NCBI GenBank assembly: GCA_031835245.2
Contig: JAVKOQ020000036.1
Coordinates: forward strand, 124,001 to 188,000
DNA: 64,000 nt
Reading direction: 5' to 3'
Source of the DNA: Balamuthia mandrillaris
Lineage: Eukaryota
The translations under genes and the position numbers were made by a program. The notes under the pieces were generated by a model, which saw only the letters and a program-made list of their open reading frames with translations, ran no database searches and was not told where the DNA came from. Positions 59,301-64,000 of this stretch are shown one piece after another. Each line of letters opens with the position of its first letter. Position 1 is the first letter of the stretch.

Positions 59301-60004
59301 GGATGCTGCACCAGCTCTACGGAATGGGCTCCCATCCTCTCGAAGTGGACGTTGCCGTCAACGGGGAAGAAGCCGTCAAGATTCTTACCACCGCCACTCA
59401 CCCTCATCGGCACCTCACATCCATTCCACCCAACACACATCATCATCGTCCTCACTGCAGCTGTTATTCGTTGGTGTTGATGGACATACAAATGCCGGTG
59501 ATGGACGGGGTGGAGGCCACAGAGCTGATAAGACGGGCAAACGTGGCGCGGCCCGATGGGCAGTATTTGCCCATCATCGCGCTCACCACGCACGTCTTTC
59601 CGGAGGAGAAACGCCAGTTTTTGGCGGCAGGGATGGATGACCTCATTGCGAAACCGATGCGGAAGTCACAAGTGGAGAGCGTGTTGCGGCTGTGGCTCCC
59701 GGACTTGTATATTACTGATAGGAACGAGTTTGACGGCGGAGAGAGCAAGGAAAAACAACAACAGCAAGATGAAGAACAGGATAAAGGAAAGGAGAAAAAG
59801 AAGAAGAGGAGGAGGAGGAGAGGAGCTGCACGAAGCACAGGATGTGTTGTTTTTAAGCAAACAACAAACATAATTATCGATATTTATGCCATATATATAC
59901 TCAATTATTACAACTTATTAAATTTATTTCGAAATATCGATGCAACATTGTTTTTTCCAACATTATTGTACCTATCCCCGATTATCGATGATACTATTTT
60001 TTAA
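56393..60004 (+). CDS. Membrane hybrid sensor histidine kinase (TM - HisKA - HATPase_c - receiver); contains an apparent frameshift
   Basis: H box FLANMSHELRTPLNGIIG, N box LRQVLWNLVTNAIKFT, G1 VRDTGIGI, F box LFRPFTQAD, G2 GGTGLGL. The receiver domain ILLVEDNKVNQ...LMDIQMPVMDG...IIALT...AKP lies in a different frame after about 58915. The 3' end is uncertain. Confidence 0.9.
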
Positions 60005-60057
60005 AAAATTTTTCGAAGAAGAAAAACAATTTTTTTGTTGTGTGATTCAAAGGGGAG

Positions 60058-62818
<2,761 letters not shown>

Positions 62819-63112
62819 CCGGTCTCTTCTTTCGAACGAACACGTCAGCCAACTTATCTACCAAAGATCAGATCCGTAAATACATCCCATGACGTCGTGG
62901 CAACAACAATAACCATGACGTCGTGATGTTTTGCGTTTTCCCGCCCTTTTTTTCGCAGAAAGAAAGAAAAGAGGTGAAAAAGAAATGTGTGGCGGCAACA
63001 CAAGAGAGAGAGATGAATCCGCGAAAAGATGAACCCCAGAGTTATATTTATTTCAATTTTTTTAAAAAAAAAACAAAGAAGAAGAGTCTAAAATTAAACC
63101 TAAATAATAAGA

Positions 63113-64000
63113 ATGGATAGCACGCAGCCCACAACCAGAAGGCAAATATGGGGAGGCATCACCAGCCGAACGGACCTGTTTGCAGAGATTCTCAGGCGAG
63201 GTTCTGCCGCCCGCGACGCTTCCTCCTCCGCCACTTCCGACGCCACAGCACCTGCTACGACGACGACAAGTGCCACCACGAAGACCAAACGAGCCATCAA
63301 AGGGTTTCATGCTGCCCCTTCAGGGGCATTGCTGCTGCTGAGCCCTCTTCCAGCCGACAAACACCAGGAAGCTGAGGCAGAAGAGACCGGTCTCGCTTCA
63401 TTGGCTTCGTTGCAGGATACTTGCCTCCACTTCTTCCTGGATGCACTGGTGGATGGCGGAGAGACGCCTCGTAGCTCCATCGTAGCAGCGGCCGTGGCTC
63501 GCCTGGGCGTGGACCTGAGGCTGCGTCTCCTGGAAATGCTGGTCGAGCTGAGGGCTGTCACCGATGAAGCGCTTGACCTCTTGTTGGATGCTTCTCTGAA
63601 GCAATTGTCCTTGGCCCGTTGCGTGTTGGTTTCGAACGCTGGTACTTAGTCCTCTGATCCCTTTCGCTCTCTCTCTCTCTCTCTCTCCTCTCCTTTCTCT
63701 CTCTCTCTCCTTTCTCTCTCTCCCTCCCTCTCCCCTTGCTCTCTCTCCCTTCTCTCTCTCTCTCCCTCTCTTCCTCTGCTCTGCTCTGTTTCCTTCTCTC
63801 TTCTAAGGTATGAGCATAAAAGGATTGGAAGCTATAGCGAAGAGGTGTCCCAACATGGAAGACCTCAATTTGGCGCAGCTGCATCGCCCGACGGTGGACG
63901 GCCTGCTCAGCCTTCTTAGTGGCTGCCCTCGCTTGCACTGCTTGCAGTTGGCCGGATGGCAGCAACTAGATGACCATACACTATCTCAGCTGCTGGCGGA
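63113..64000 (+). CDS. Leucine-rich-repeat protein (FBXL/AMN1-type repeats) with possible BC-box; 3' end runs off the window
   Basis: ATG at 63113; SLQDTCLHFF (S/TLxxxC pattern); repeats LKQLSLARC, CPNMEDLNL, CPRLHCLQLAGWQQLDDHTL; CT-rich intron at about 63642-63808. Confidence 0.7.

Overview
Gene-dense eukaryotic nuclear DNA with short spliceosomal introns (about 55-460 bp), many filled with CT, TCT or TCTTGT microsatellite. It is not prokaryotic: there are no operons, CRISPR arrays or intact mobile elements. The gene set (hybrid histidine kinase, full RFX, HELLS, DM9, bacterial-type S66 and CocE hydrolases) and intron style fit a free-living amoeba (Amoebozoa, Balamuthia/Acanthamoeba-like); this is inference only. 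I can support about 25 protein genes, two LRR-family pseudogene relics and one tRNA-Lys(UUU). The genes include NOP56, a DM9 lectin, TBC1D15/17, an MccF-like S66 peptidase, a CocE/NonD protein, USP22, PNO1, YqeY, a possible APC15, RFX, RPAP1, AS3MT, a RING ligase, an F-box-Ubl protein, a cupredoxin, a DEP-DUF547-RapGAP protein, a TDRD3/RMI1-like protein, a histidine kinase and HELLS. Most notable: (1) a recurrent CpG-core promoter motif family (GTCGAC and CATGACGWC), including a 46-bp palindrome; (2) a complete GTAAGT...CAG intron lying antisense inside a PNO1 intron; (3) a membrane-anchored CocE/NonD protein lacking its catalytic Ser and His; (4) an intronless MccF-like gene; (5) one LRR repeat unit inverted inside a decayed LRR gene; (6) several unusual domain fusions. 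All exon structures were deduced by hand from splice signals and reading frame, and no database search was run.
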